DNA from: Takakia lepidozioides
Taxonomy: Eukaryota; Plantae; Bryophyta
Length of the DNA stretch: 64,000 nt
Assembly: GCA_030704615.1 (NCBI GenBank)
Contig: CM060732.1
Span: 61,008,001 to 61,072,000 of the forward strand
Reading direction: 5' to 3'
The notes beneath the pieces were generated by a model. It ran no database searches, had not been told where the DNA came from, and saw only the letters and a list, made by a program, of their open reading frames with translations. Both the position numbers and the translations under genes were made by a program. Positions 12,860 to 25,565 of this stretch are shown here, piece by piece (position 1 is the first letter of the stretch; every line of letters begins with the position of its first letter).

Positions 12860-13560
12860 AGGATCCTCAGAGGAGGACTTGATGCATGAGATTTGAAGCA
12901 TCCAGTGCATCACTAAATTAGATGCCCTGGATTATTCTACGGAAAGCTCTCGAGTTTTAGGCGGCTATGATAGACGGACTTATGTGTACGCTGTATTGGA
13001 GAGACAAAACTCCATAGGTGAACATTTTAAACTGAGTTCTATTGTTTTTTTTAATGCAAACGATGCATTGAAGAGGAGAGCTATATAGTCATTGAAAGGT
13101 GGAAGGAAGATATCAGAAACATGTTCGTATTTCAGCAGGCGTGGCGATGGCATCGCCTGCGTTGGATGCCTATTCTAAGGGATTCCCATATCTGTTGGAG
13201 CGCCTAACTCTTGTTGACCAGATTGATCGCCTTGGCATTTTCCAGTTCAAGAGGAAGTGAAGAGTCACTTAAGTATGCCTACAAGTAAAAACGAACCCTG
13301 GACAAACGAACCCTGCTCACTTATATTCGCAAACGTAAACACTAGACAACATTCGATTGCATGTATGCATGCCTTCTCTTAGTCTTAGTAAATATGGCAT
13401 ATGTACCTGTACATAGATATCAAGCTCCAGAGATCACTTATTTGAAGCTCGAGTTTCTCTTCATGAACACTACAGGGTCTCTCGTATATCTTGTTGCCAT
13501 GTCTGCAGTAAGTTAGGCTATCCTCTGGAAAGTTTGCCTGCATGATCCACCAAGACTGTC
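12860..13560 (+). pseudogene. Terpene synthase (diTPS-like) remnant
   Basis: 13183-13285 gives FPYLLERLTLVDQIDRLGIF/QEEVK/ESLKYAYK, compared with TPS LFERLWxVDRLxRLGIxRYFxEEIKECLDYVY. A later PPRL resembles SLPRLE. Stops and frameshifts are present. Confidence 0.45.
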
Positions 13561-13715
13561 GGAGAGCTGTCGTAAGTCGTAACCCTTGCTGGGGATTCAA
13601 ACCCCTTGCTGCTGTCTCTCTCTGCTTTCGGGCTGCCTGTCTGTCTTGAGAAAGGGGTTTATTTTTCCCCCTCAAGGCTAAGTAGCTGGGGCTGGTGTTT
13701 CCTTGGAAAAAAAAC
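13560..13715 (+). mobile_element. SINE related to family A
   Basis: B-box ggattcaaaccc; the 3' part aaaggggtttatttttccccctcaagg...ggtgtttcctt plus poly-A resembles the family A tail. Confidence 0.5.
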
Positions 13716-14568
13716 AACCCAAAAAAGTACTAATAAGTAGTAGGGCAGGGTCACATGTTGTAAGGAAATGGGTTGTTTTAATCCTAAATGCAAGGTAATG
13801 CCAGACACGTGTGTCATGATTGCTAGGTGTTGCAGCTTTGTTCGAGTATGGAGAGGAGCAGATTGATGGGTGGAAGTAACTTATCGGAGAATCGGAAGAC
13901 TGGATTGCTTGGAGCATGATGGAATCTGCGCTCCGTGCTGGTGTTGATAGAGATTGGAGGGTGCTCCACATCTCGGGCATGGCTGGGTAGAGGGGAATGG
14001 TGGGCACAAGGGGATTTGAATAGTTGGTCCCACAACTCAACTGCTGGGAGGGAGACAGCTATGGTGGGAAGAGCATTATGAGTTTTCTCAGTCACATAGG
14101 GAGTGTGGTTTGGAGGTAAGCGGGTATATTTGAGTGAGAATTCCTTGCAAATCTTGCGCTCAGCTTGGATGTAGCTGAAACAGGATGAGGCAGAGAGCCG
14201 ATACGGTGGAGCTGGAAATTCTAAGGCCTGCGACTGTCTACCGGAGTTCTGAAAGGGAGGTGCAGAGAGTGCATAGATATGCGTCGCTGAACCCCACCCG
14301 GGCAGCACGGACACTGGCATAGAACGGGAGTCATGGAGAAAGGATTTTGTAAGATCATTCATACGGGCCGATTGTAAGTAGATTAAAGTGGCTCCAATTG
14401 CTGGCAAGTTCACTCTCTCGTCCTCGCCATTCTAATCACTGTTGTTCCGTCTGTGTCACCCACGCGCACACGCACTGTCACTGTGCAGCCTCTCATCCCT
14501 GCGTATACGTTCTTTCCACATAGGAGCGACTGGTGAAGAAAGAGGACGGTTGGGGGACGAGGCCGAGG

Positions 14569-15717
14569 ATGCAGGCAGACACAGACGACATGCAAGACTC
14601 ACCATGGGGCGCTTTGCCTCTGGAAATACTCGACAGAATTCTTGCTTGCTTATCAGTCCCTTGTCTGTTTCGATTACGATGTGTTTGCAAGCGATGGCGT
14701 TCTCTCATTTTCCATCCCGACTTCATCAAGACCTGTGCTGAGATGTCTCCGTCACCATACTTGGACCCCTATCCTGCCGTGTGCTATGTCAATGATCGCA
14801 AAAACCGAGAAGGCTTTTGGTGGGCAGCCTACGATTTTGATCAATGCAAGTGGCAGGCGATGCCACCTCTCCCTCGCCGCTTTACTTCAACACCTTGGAA
14901 GCATCAGCTCAATGGGGGAGCTGGAGGGCTCTTATGCTTGTGGGCTCTAGGGGAGTTTCCTACCTCAAATATTCTGTCTGTCTGTAACCCAATCACCGCA
15001 AAATGGAGGGACCTTCCTGCATTGATTCATGAATGGAGAGGTACAGCCATTAGGCACATGTTCATGGATGAAGCCACCAAATCATACAAGATCATTTTGG
15101 CAGGGAATCAAAAGTATGAGGTTGAAGACGAGGGTTTCCAGATCACTGAGGTGTACGATTCAGCATTGGGTTCTTGGAAGAAAGGAGGAAGGTTTCTACC
15201 ATCTCTGTATCTTCCCTCTCCAATTGGTGCTTTGTGCAAAGGACTTCTCTATTACTTGGCAAGCAGACCGATGTCCTATGTCTACGATGTTTTGATTGCC
15301 TACAATGTTGAAGGGGATGTTTGGAGTGAGATTCCTCACATTCTCCCCAAACGCATCCAAGGGATTCCATACCTTTTTGAGTGTAGGGGTTGCTTATTGA
15401 TGATGATCCACCATATTGGAAGGGATAGTGTCCAAAGTTTTGGCTTCTTTGAGCTCAATTTCACTACTGGAGAATGGACCTTGCTGGGAAGAATGCCTCA
15501 TGAGAACTTTTTGGCTTTCGCATACATTGGAAGTTGTGTGGCATCTGGTAGTCGAGTTTGCATCACAGGCAGCACACCATACAAGGAGATGGTTGTTGCA
15601 GTCTACGAGAGCAGTCAAGGAACCTGGCTATGGCTGCCCACATGTCCTCTTAGTGCTTCTGAATTCGGAAAGCATGTGGAATTTCCATTTCAACCTAGTT
15701 TGCATGCAGTCCCATAG
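14569..15717 (+). CDS. F-box/kelch-repeat-like protein, single exon
   Basis: Uninterrupted ORF from the first ATG at 14569. F-box WGALPLEILDRILACLSVPCLFRLRCVCKRW, followed by propeller motifs GGLLC, VCNPITAKWRDLP, YKIILAG and TEVYDSALGSW. Confidence 0.92.
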   Translation: MQADTDDMQDSPWGALPLEILDRILACLSVPCLFRLRCVCKRWRSLIFHPDFIKTCAEMSPSPYLDPYPAVCYVNDRKNREGFWWAAYDFDQCKWQAMPPLPRRFTSTPWKHQLNGGAGGLLCLWALGEFPTSNILSVCNPITAKWRDLPALIHEWRGTAIRHMFMDEATKSYKIILAGNQKYEVEDEGFQITEVYDSALGSWKKGGRFLPSLYLPSPIGALCKGLLYYLASRPMSYVYDVLIAYNVEGDVWSEIPHILPKRIQGIPYLFECRGCLLMMIHHIGRDSVQSFGFFELNFTTGEWTLLGRMPHENFLAFAYIGSCVASGSRVCITGSTPYKEMVVAVYESSQGTWLWLPTCPLSASEFGKHVEFPFQPSLHAVP

Positions 15718-17334
15718 GTTCAAGGTGCAGGCATTCCTTAGTCCATGCCAGAGGGTTTGATTGTTCTCCTAGTCATGCTTGTGTTTTGCACCAGACAGCA
15801 GCTGATAGAAGCACCTACCACAATCTGAGAAGCTGAATCAGCCAGAGAAGGAAATTTGATTCCTGCTGACTTTCATGTCCGACAGAGGGGTTTGGATGAG
15901 CTCTGAAGGAATATGGTGATGACTGAAGAGGTCAACAAGTCATGGGACTACAGAAAGGCGCAATGGATGTGGAACGTCAAGATAGCTAATCGGTTGCAGC
16001 TTTCAATAAGAGTCCTGTCCGTACATATGATCATGTATATGCTCTGCTATCATGTGCATGTCTCCCGAGTGTGTGCTATTATACATTGCGGGAAGAGTGA
16101 TGCTGTCAATCCGTTTTAGAAGCAAGGGATGCAAGCTTTCGAAGGTACGGGTCTCATCTGCTACTGTAGACAAGACCTGTAATGGTGATGAGCCATGGCT
16201 CTCTCACTTTCAAATGGTGAGTTGGCTCATCGTGGGTACTAACTAGAAGTGCATCCAAATCAGAATATTGTAGATGAAGCTGGTATCTTCAGCCAATTTC
16301 AAAAGTGTTGGATGTGTTGCCTCCCAGGTGTTTCAGATGTTGTAACATGTGCCATAACCTACAAGTTTCCAGAAGTTTCTACCAAACAGAACCTACTGTG
16401 GTGATCTAATAAAATCTGAAAGTTCCTGGTTCCGGTACACAAACTCTACTGTGGTCAAACATACACAAATGTGTAACCTTCACCTTCTATACAGTCTGGT
16501 GTTGCATAGGCTTGTGGGATACAATGATGGAGTGTATCCTGCTTACGTAAAGCATGGTGTCCAGGCAGGAGGGGAACTCCTTAGGGGAGGAAAGTTAGAG
16601 GCACTTTACATCACCATTATCACCCATCTTGTTTGCCTTTTGACCACGCTTCTAGGGCAAGAAAGCCAATGGGCTTTGCAATGTTAGGACCCTTGGAAGC
16701 CTGGAGGTCACTGGCTACCACCCACCGGTTTGTGTGCCGTGAAGGTATTACTGGTGGTGAGTTGCTTCTTGTATTTTTTAGCTATGGCAAGCGGTTATTT
16801 CAACACTTGTTCCAATTGGCGATTTCAACAGTCGAAATCAACGATTTTTTGCTTGCCACTTCTCCTGGTATCTGACATTCACAGCTCACCTGTGACCGGC
16901 ATTATGGTTTCTTTGCTATCGGGACTTTACTGTCCTGCTATGCTTATAGCTTAGGATGTTTGCAGCTAGATCATTTTTCTGCAAGCACTTTAGGCTGCTT
17001 ATAGCTTAGTACGTTTGCAGTTAGATAGATCTTTTTTTCTGCAGCACTCTAGGCTTCACCTTAGCAGGCTGCCTCTAGTTCACATGTATTTGTTCTTCCC
17101 TCCTCCTTACTGGGCAGTATTCATGGCTCGCCGTTCTCCCAGAACAGTGAATTACTGGTCCATATTAGGGCTTACCCTTAGGTGGACCACCGCTTGGTGT
17201 GTAAGCCTTCATGGCATTCTCTCATGGTTATTTTTCCATGATTCTTACTATGAGTTACAAGTCTTTATCCACTTTTTTTAAGAATAAAATCAAAATCAAA
17301 GCTAGCCCATTTGTGGACTACTTAACATATATTA

Positions 17335-17615
17335 GGGTAGCTTGTACCGTTGGCCCAAGTGTCCAATGACATCTAAGTCCAAGTGCAATCCCCTATGTAT
17401 CAGAGTGAGTCTCCTATGTCTAGGATAGCGTGTGCCGTTGGCCCAAGTGTCCAATGTCATCTAAGCCCAAGTGCAAGATCTCATATGTATTCCAATGTGT
17501 CTCCTATGTCGAGGCCTAAGTGCGACCTCAGGGGTAGTCTGTGCCGTTGGCCCATGTGTGAAGCTATGACCGAGTGCAATTTCCTATGTATCCAAGTGCA
17601 ACTTAATTCTAGCGA
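17335..17615. repeat. Dispersed repeat family C, tandem subunits
   Basis: Three imperfect copies of (g)ccgttggcccaagtgtccaatgtcatctaag...gtgcaa. Confidence 0.75.
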
Positions 17616-17836
17616 CTGAAGGTCGGAAGCTAGTTTAGCGTAGAGCAGGAATAGGGTGCCATAGTGCCACGTTTTCGTCGCCACGTTTCGTCGTCAAATT
17701 CTTTGGAATTTGCCCGGTCTGCCCGCCCGAAATAAGCCAATAGAAATTGCCGCGCCAACTTTTTCGGAACTGCCCGAAATGCCCGGATCTTGATCTGCGT
17801 TTTCCGCCATCGTTCACCTTGCAAGTTGCAAGCTCT

Positions 17837-19005
17837 CAACGAATTGAGGAAATCCATGCTCAGCTGAAGAGATTGTCTTGGCAGATGAATGATCAAGCAA
17901 ATGATAGGGGAAGGGTGTGGCTTTTTCTTAATGTACGATCTCAAGAAGTTTGTCCATCCTGCAAAGGTGGGCTCTTGGCTCCTGTCAGTACCATGATTTG
18001 GTGTTCTTCCTGATGTTTGCAAGGTTCTTGGGAGAGTCAGTTTGGTCTTAGCAGGCCGTGTTCAATCTCTACCTGCTCAGATGCACCGTGGTGGTTCCAC
18101 AGATCAATCCGACGTTACCTGACTAACACAAACAGCACACACAAGAGGTCCTTTTGGGTTGATGGTCGGTCAAATCCTCCATGGGTCATGACACAAGGTC
18201 ATGACAGTTTGGTGAGGGCACCTTTTTCTTCGACCTATTTCAGCCTGTTTTGCTCTCTTATCGGACTCGGCCCTGAGATGCATTTGTTTGTACCATGATT
18301 TGGCGTTCTTCCTGATGTTTACTGCAAGGTTCTTGGGAGAGTCAGCTTGGGAGTTTCAATCTCTGCCTGCTCAGATGCACCGTGGTGGTTCTCACAGACC
18401 AATCCGACTTAACTACACACACAAGCAGCACACACAAGAGGTCCTTTTGGGTTGATGGTCGGTCATATCCTCCATGGATCGTGACACAAGGTCAAGGACA
18501 ATCTGGTGAGGACACCTTCTTCTTCGACCTATTTCAGCCTGTTTTGCCCTCTCATCAGACTCGGTCCTGAGATGCATATTGAATTCTATAAGTTAGCACG
18601 TTGGGTGGATTTGTGGTGGTTTGGAGTGACTTTGACAAGTTACTCCCAATGTGGCAGCAGGAAAGTATCCAAAAACAGATAACAGAGATGAGGAGAAGCT
18701 TTGGAATGAACACTTTTCCGACCTCAGTCAATGGTGGGACAATAGAGACAAAAAGGTGAATGCTTGTTGGACTACAAAGAGAAGCAGATGCAATTTAGGA
18801 TTAATAAAACAAGGCATTGCTAGTGAAGGCACCTTCTTCAACACATTTCACCCTGTTTTTCCCTGTTATTAGAGTCGTCCCTAAATTCTCATGTTGAATT
18901 TTCAATGGTGGATCTATGGTGGTTTTGGAGTGATTTTGACATGTTACTGCCAATGTGGCAACAAGAAAGTATCAAAAAACAGATAACAGAGACGAAGAGA
19001 AGCCT
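17837..19005 (+). pseudogene. PPR E+ fragment followed by duplicated OSB/PTAC9-type PDF-motif exons
   Basis: RIEEIHAQLKRLSWQM is near-identical in DNA to the PPR E+ at ~24630. Exons 18103-18197 and ~18400-18490 give INPTLPD*..HKRSFWVDGRSNPPWV, and exon 18661-18755 gives EEKLWNEHFSDLSQWWDNRDKK. A ~300-bp tandem duplication is present. Confidence 0.6.
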
Positions 19006-19009
19006 GCGG

Positions 19010-20984
19010 GTACCCCTAGTACCTCAATGAGGATGTACTTGACAACTTGCGGCACATATTGTATGATGTCGTGGCTCTAGATTCATGTCTGCCTGGGGAA
19101 ATCCAAGCGCCATTGAATCTGCGTGTCATATTTGAGGCTGAATTTATGGCCCTCGGCAAGTTATGCGCAGAGTAAGCCTTCCCTCTCTTTTTCTTTCCTT
19201 TCTCATCTTTCTCTATTGGACAAAAGGGACTATACCATTGAGTTGTTTGCACCAGTGTGTGGCACTACAAGTGAAAGGAAAATAGGGGCCTAATGGCACT
19301 CCAGCAGGATTGCCGGGAAACCACCACCTATGCCAGCCAAATAGAGAACAGTGTCCAGTCTGACTTTATATGCCAAGTAAAGTTGAAAACCCATGGGTCA
19401 AGCCACATCTTCCCCCCTCAAGGCTTTTAATATCTCTTCCGTGAATGATCTGCTAAGGTATTGTTGGTTCTGTTTCATGGCAAACAAAACGTTCAGAACC
19501 TGACCAACTTCTTTTAACCCTGGGTACTCGGCCTTGGTGCAAGTGTATCCCTGAGTCTTAAAGAAACTTCATTCTTGGAACAAATTGTCTATCTGCAATC
19601 TTGCCCTGTGTTCATCCACATTCACACGGCCTGATGGCAATTCAAACAATTGTCTTGCAGCAGTATGGCTTGAACCGAACGCTCTTCTTTATAGGCTGAG
19701 ATCATCACAATGTCACCCTTCAGTGTGCCAGTGTTGTCTCTGATAGGTTTTTAGCAAGGAGCTTTCATAATGTGGACCCCATTTTTCTGTCTAGAGCTGA
19801 ACTTGGCCCGACACATAGCCGTTTTTTGTTTGGGAGACTTGAAGCTGCTTTATGGATTCAGTTTTCCCAATGAACCAGTAAAAGCCAAGCGTGTGTTTGG
19901 GGTTCTTATTCTTCTCTTTCCTCCTGGGTTTTGGTCATTGCACATCCGGCAACTCCGCAATTTAACATCTAACACCACTGTCACTTTGCTACAACCTTAC
20001 CTGTATATCTACTCCCCTCACTTGTGTAACTCCTGTCTGAGGGTCAAAGTTTTGAATGAATTGTATCATATACTTCCGATGATGCAAAGACCAGTCCTTG
20101 CGTAGCAGCCCTTCCAATCGCAACTCCCTCAGCAGCTGCACTGCCTGTGGTGTAGCAATGGTTTGCTTCTGCAGAATCGTGGTGCTCTTCACCCTGATAT
20201 CCTCCATTCCCCTTACTCTCTTCATCCCAGACAAACAAGAAGGCCTTGTTTGAAATAGCTCTAGGAAAGCTTGCAAGGCGTAGAGCATAAAAGTATGGTT
20301 GGCACAAAAAGGAACGGGTATGTGCGTGTAAGCCTGCGGAGCTTGCAAGTATCGAGTGAGAGAGAATGTACTTTCAACCCGTCCGTCCTTGTGCCACTGC
20401 GTAAGAAGTAAAGCGAGCATATAATCTGTAATATCCGCCATAGCTACAAAGCTATAGCTTTGATTGCCCCTCCCGTCGAGACACTGGCTATTTGGAGCCA
20501 CCCCGACTCTTCCGCTCATAACTCTTCCAATTTCTTGTTCTTGTTTCTTGGAGGGAACCACCTGCATGAAATTCTCGCTACTGATTGGTTGTTGCCTCCT
20601 TAGGTAACTTCTTAATTTTACCCCCCTCAGTGGACATTCCCACCTAGAATGTCCATTAGGACAGCACATGTGGCAAAAGTCCCCATTTTTTGTACTCGTA
20701 AAGGGTTCCGTTACCTCTGCCCTGAACGCATTAATGGACCCACAATTAGTTTTGGTTGATGTACCGGGTAGGTACTTTGACGGCCCGGTTTGTCCTCTTG
20801 CATGATGATACCCACTTTTGCAATATAAGCACCGCGGTGTGCTTCGCCCTAGTGGCCACGTGTTCGTTTTTAGACATGTCTCCGTCTTCCCCTGTCTGCG
20901 TGGCACATTCTCCGAGTTTGACTTCCAAACTGTCTTTTCACCCGCCGGCCACTTTTCTGACGTTAATCCGCATCCACCTGTCAC
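19010..20984 (-). mobile_element. Retroelement remnant: CCHC zinc knuckle plus accessory-ORF-like region
   Basis: CHMCCPNGHSRWEC (CX2CX4HX4C) in the 331-aa ORF. Downstream LEGLLRKDW..FIQNFDP..VRGVDIQ and LFELPSG resemble TE accessory proteins. Internal stops are present. Confidence 0.4.
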
Positions 20985-21009
20985 TAACCCTATGGACTGT
21001 ACAACCCGC

Positions 21010-21192
21010 GTGGGCTGTGTTAGGCTGTGACAAGCTGTGTCAGACTGTGATGAGCTGTAATAGGCTGTGTGATGCTGTGATGGGCTGTGATAGACTGTGT
21101 GACATTGTGGTGGGTTGTGATAGACTGTGTCACCCTGTGGTGGGCTGTGATAGACTGTGTGACACTATGGTGGGTTGTGATAGACTGTGTCA
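21010..21192. repeat. 30-bp minisatellite (10-bp ctgtg sub-period)
   Basis: About six copies of gggctgtgatagactgtgtgacattgtggt-like units. Confidence 0.9.
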
Positions 21193-21322
21193 GAGATGCC
21201 ATTCATCTTTTACCCTGCAAGGTCATCACACAATCCATCATATTTGCATATTCTCCACTTGGATTGCCTTAGTGTTGTCTAATTGAATCAACATGTTATG
21301 CTCTGCTTGTTATGGTCATGAT

Positions 21323-21500
21323 TGGACAACCAAGATGTAGTCTAGTGATAATGGGACATACCACCTTGGAAGGGGCTGTGGTTTCAATCCACCGATTGGT
21401 GTCACAAATGTGTCCACCTTCCAGCCGGAAGATAGTAGCCCTTTGGGGTCGAGAGACACCCTAATTTACGCTTCCTTTGGGAGGCGTCATACTTTACTTT
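21323..21500 (+). mobile_element. SINE family B
   Basis: ggacaaccaagatgtagtctagtg...ggtttcaatcc...aatttacgcttcc matches 6886-7040. Confidence 0.7.
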
Positions 21501-23339
21501 ACTCCACTTTGGTTATGATAGTGATGACTCACTTTGCTCTGCCATGTGTTGGCTTCTAAGGAACAATCATAACCAATTACAGGATGGAAGCCGTGACCAA
21601 ATGTAATTTCTACATGTAGATTCCCTGTACAGATGTTCTTCATTTGTCTGGAAACCAGATTGAGGATCTCCTGTCAGTGGTTTTTAAACTGTTTATTGGG
21701 CAGTGTCTTTCGAGGACTAGGACAAACAATGAGCCAAATGGAACAAGTTGACAGCCACCCAATCCTGGAGAGGGCTGATGAGATTGTCATTTTGCTGCAA
21801 CACAAGATTGCTAAGTACACTGATTCCTTGCTGGGAACCTCCGGGGGGGCTCCATGCTCTGTTCCTCCCAGAGGTGATGTGAAGGAGCATACAGGGAGCT
21901 TTCTATTAGTGGCACTTGATGAAGGCTACGGTGAAACATCTAGGAGAAAGAATGTCGGACCTAAAGAAGAGGAAGTCAGCCCTTCGAGGCAGCCAGAGTT
22001 GGAGCATTCAATGTAACAAGCCACTGTGCACTTTCTTTGTGATTGATGTTTAATGGGCATGGGCATGGTAGCATCTGTTGTCTGTTAGGAAGTGTACCCT
22101 CTCTTCCCGCCAGGCTCAAGGAGCATACCTATATAGCATATGCCGTAGCTGTTGGTATTCTCAGTGTTGTTGACAACAACCCTGCGCTAAGTCTGTCTTG
22201 GCACGGTTGATACCTGATCTAGATGAGTGGCTTCATGAATAAATTTATCTCCTTCCCTCGAAGAGTTCTTGAGAACCATTGTTTTCCAACAACTGATGAC
22301 TTGACAAATGTAGCCTTCATAGACGTTTGACAAACATCAACTGCAGACCTTACGTTGATTTTTGATGAAACAACAGCCATGCTTGTATTTTGTTAGGGTG
22401 ATCTTGGTGGAGTCCCTTGGTGAGTTCTATACTACTTGAACGTTTGCCTCAGGTTGGTTGGGTGCCACTTCTGTTGAGCCAGTGTAATCATACCTCATTC
22501 AAACTATCTGGCAAAGTTACTGCGTACAACAGCCCAAATGTTGGCCAAGGAGTATCAATTCACACTATCAACGTTCACTGCCATTGGGTGACTGTAAAAC
22601 ATGGTTGTTGAGGGATGCCTCCCCTTTCTGTGAAAGAAGCTATTATGAGTGGCTCAGGCCATTTACTACTCTTGAATTTGAGTTTGGCATATTTGAGTCA
22701 AAAGTTTTGTGCACTTAGCTGCTGGACACAAACATCACATGGATCTGGTGTGTCCTTTAGATTATGGTGGATGTGCAGATCCGAAGATCGAAAGTCGACG
22801 AGAGAGAATATCAGAACGAATGTCTACAGTTGTGACGAGAATGCAAGGACCACAATTCAGGAAAACATGAAGAGGAGAGGATCAATAGGGCAGCACTATG
22901 ACATCACAGTGAAACGCTTAGGGGCACTCTCTCTCCTCAAATTTGCATCTCTTCTCATAGAATTGACAGCAAAGGCCAAGTATGTAGTGAGTGTTGTTGA
23001 CGCTCTTGCTGTCAAGGCCCGCTTCAACAACGCTGGCCCTTGCAATGTACGGCTTCATGAAGTGGATAGTGCAGTTGGAACCCTCTGATGTTTCCAAGCC
23101 AGACAGCAATTTACGAGATCTATGAGCTAATGCATCGGTAGGGGGTGATGCCCAACAGGGTCACTTTCACTTCTGTGCTCAATGCATGTGCCAGTCTAGG
23201 AGACCTAGAGAAGAGCAAAGAGATCATGCTGATATCATCAACGGTGAAATTGCAGCAGATAGCATTCTGGTGTCATCCACATCAAAAAAATTGCTTACTC
23301 CTAGAAATCTTGGACATGTATTGAATGCCTTAGCAGATG

Positions 23340-24740
23340 CAAATGGAGTATGGCTGAACGTGATGTGGTGTCGTGGAGTGCGATGATTGCAGGATATGCA
23401 CAGCAAGGGGCGGGATGGAGGCTTTGGAGACCTATGAGCAATTGATGTGCCGCATAACGTTTGTTTGCATTTGCAATGCGTGTGCAAGCCTCGCAGCCCT
23501 GGAAAGGTGCAAAGAGGTCCATGGTGACATTGTCAAAGCTGGATTTGTACCAGATGTCATCCTGAACACTGCCCTGCTGGATAGGTATGTCAAATGTGCA
23601 TGCATCGAGGATGCAAAGGGAGTGTTCGACAGTATGGCTGAACGAGATGTGGTGTCGTGGAGTGCGATGATTGCAGGATATGCACAGCAGGGGCGTGGGA
23701 TGGAAGCTTTGGAGACCTATGAGCAAATGATGGGGGAAGGGGTGAAGCCCGACCACATCACGTTTGTGTGCGTTTGCAGTGCGTGTGCAAGCCTGGCAGC
23801 CCTGGAAAAGGGCAAAGAGGTGCATGGTTGCATCGGCAAAGCTGGAATTGTACCAGATGTGATTCTGGACAATACCCTCGTGGACATGTTTGCCAAATGT
23901 GGGAGCATTGAGGATGCGGAGGGAGTGTTCAACAATATGGCTGAATGAGATTTGGTGTCATGGAATGCCATGCTTGCAGGATAGGCACAGCAGGGGCGTG
24001 GGATGGAGGACTTGGAGACCTATGAGCAAATGATGGGGGAAGAGGTGCATTGAGGATGCAAGGGGAGTATTGGACAATGTGACTGAATGAAATGTGGTGT
24101 CGTGGAATGCGATGATCGCAGGATATGCCCACAGCATGGTTGTCATAAGGAGGTCCTGCAACTATTTAGAGGAATGTAAAAGAACGGCTTGAAGCCGGAC
24201 AGTATCACCTTTATATGTGTTCTCTCTGCATGCAGCCACACTGGCCTACTGAATGAAGGAAGACGCTACTTCGATTCCCTGAGTCAAGATCATGGTGTTA
24301 CACCGAAAGCACTTTGGCTGCATGGTGGACCTTCTTGGACGTGCGGGACAACTGGATGAGGCAGTGGACCTGCTTAATAAAATGCCAATCAATCCAGATG
24401 TTGTGGTGTGGAAGGCCTTGCTTGGTGCCTGCAGAATCCATGGCAATGTGGAGATGGTTGAATGTGTGGCAACATCTATCCTCAAGTGGGATGAACAGGA
24501 TGCCGTGACTTATGTGTTGCTATATCAAACATCTATGCTACAGCTGGCAGGTGGGATGATACTGCAAAGGTGAGAAGAATGATGAAGGTCAGAGGGGTTA
24601 GAAAGGAACCAGATGACAAGTTGCATCCCAGAATTAAGGAAATCCATGCTGAGCTGAGAAGATTGTCTGGGCAGATGAAGGAGGCGGGGTATGTGCCTGA
24701 CACATGCTTTTTATTGCATGATGTGGAGGAAAAGAATTTT
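23340..24740 (+). pseudogene. PLS-class PPR (E/E+/truncated DYW) RNA-editing factor pseudogene
   Basis: Repeats ERDVVSWSAMIAGYAQQG and PDHITFVCVCSACASLAALEKG, then MVDLLGRAGQLDEA, VWKALLGACRIHGNVE and HPRIKEIHAELRRLSGQMKEAGYVPDT..LLHDVEE. Multiple stops and frameshifts; the DYW deaminase core is absent. Confidence 0.9.
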
Positions 24741-25294
24741 CTCTTTGCCACCATCACCGCACCATTGCACTTGACTGAAGGGGTGATTTTTGACTGATTT
24801 TGGTGCTGTCCTAATTCTGGGTTTGGGTGGTGGAGCTTCTCCAAAGCTTGAAAATGGAAGTGAATACGAATTCTAATGAGCTTGATGAGAGGGGCAGCCC
24901 TGTGCACAAGTTTGTTCAGCATCTTAAATTTGGACATGTTTGTTTGTTTCTCGTGGTGTGGCTTTGGATGGAGCCCTTGATGAACTTGCATGAATATTGT
25001 CAAAAGCTAGCCTTAACCCACCAAGATCCAATCCCATGGTGGATGCTTGAAAGTTCATACAGTGAATGTAAGGGTATTTGGATATGTTGTTATTGAAAAT
25101 TGAATGTTGAAATGCAGATCCGCCATTTTTCTGCCAGAAAAAAACAAAACCTGCATGTAACACCGTGGGGATGACCCACCCCTTTTTTGTGAAAAAATGA
25201 ACATAGTTCTCAGAATTCGTCGCTAGTAGTGCGGAGCAACGCGAAGCCCTAGTTTTGTAATTTAGTTGAATTTTCAGCAACCAAAATTGTGCAT

Positions 25295-25565
25295 GTTCTC
25301 TTGGCCCAAGTGTCCAGTGTCATGTAAAGATATCAAGGGAAAGGTCTCCGGTTCAAATCTGGTCGTAGGCTCTGTGGAAAAGAAATGATTAGATATGGCT
25401 TGCTTCATATATTGATGCACTTGGAGATATATCAATAACGATTGGATATATTACTACTCCATAAATTCATGAAAAAAATGAAATTGGGCCTTGACATGGG
25501 AGATGAACTTGGATATCAATCCCCTATGTATCCAAGTGAGTCTACTTTGTCGAGGCCCATGTGTG
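25295..25565. repeat. Dispersed repeat family C
   Basis: The B-box module at 25329-25425 is nearly identical to 10872-10970 and is flanked by subunit fragments. Confidence 0.7.

Noticed and set aside
20756-21286. 176-aa Cys-rich protein
   Set aside because: The Cys periodicity comes from the 30-bp minisatellite.
21633-23290. Protein-coding gene upstream of the PPR pseudogene
   Set aside because: The exon-like ORFs have no recognisable domain and I could not build a consistent model.
25200-25253. Helitron 3' end (gcggagcaacgcgaagccCTAG|T)
   Set aside because: The hairpin is weak, and no 5' end or second copy was identified.
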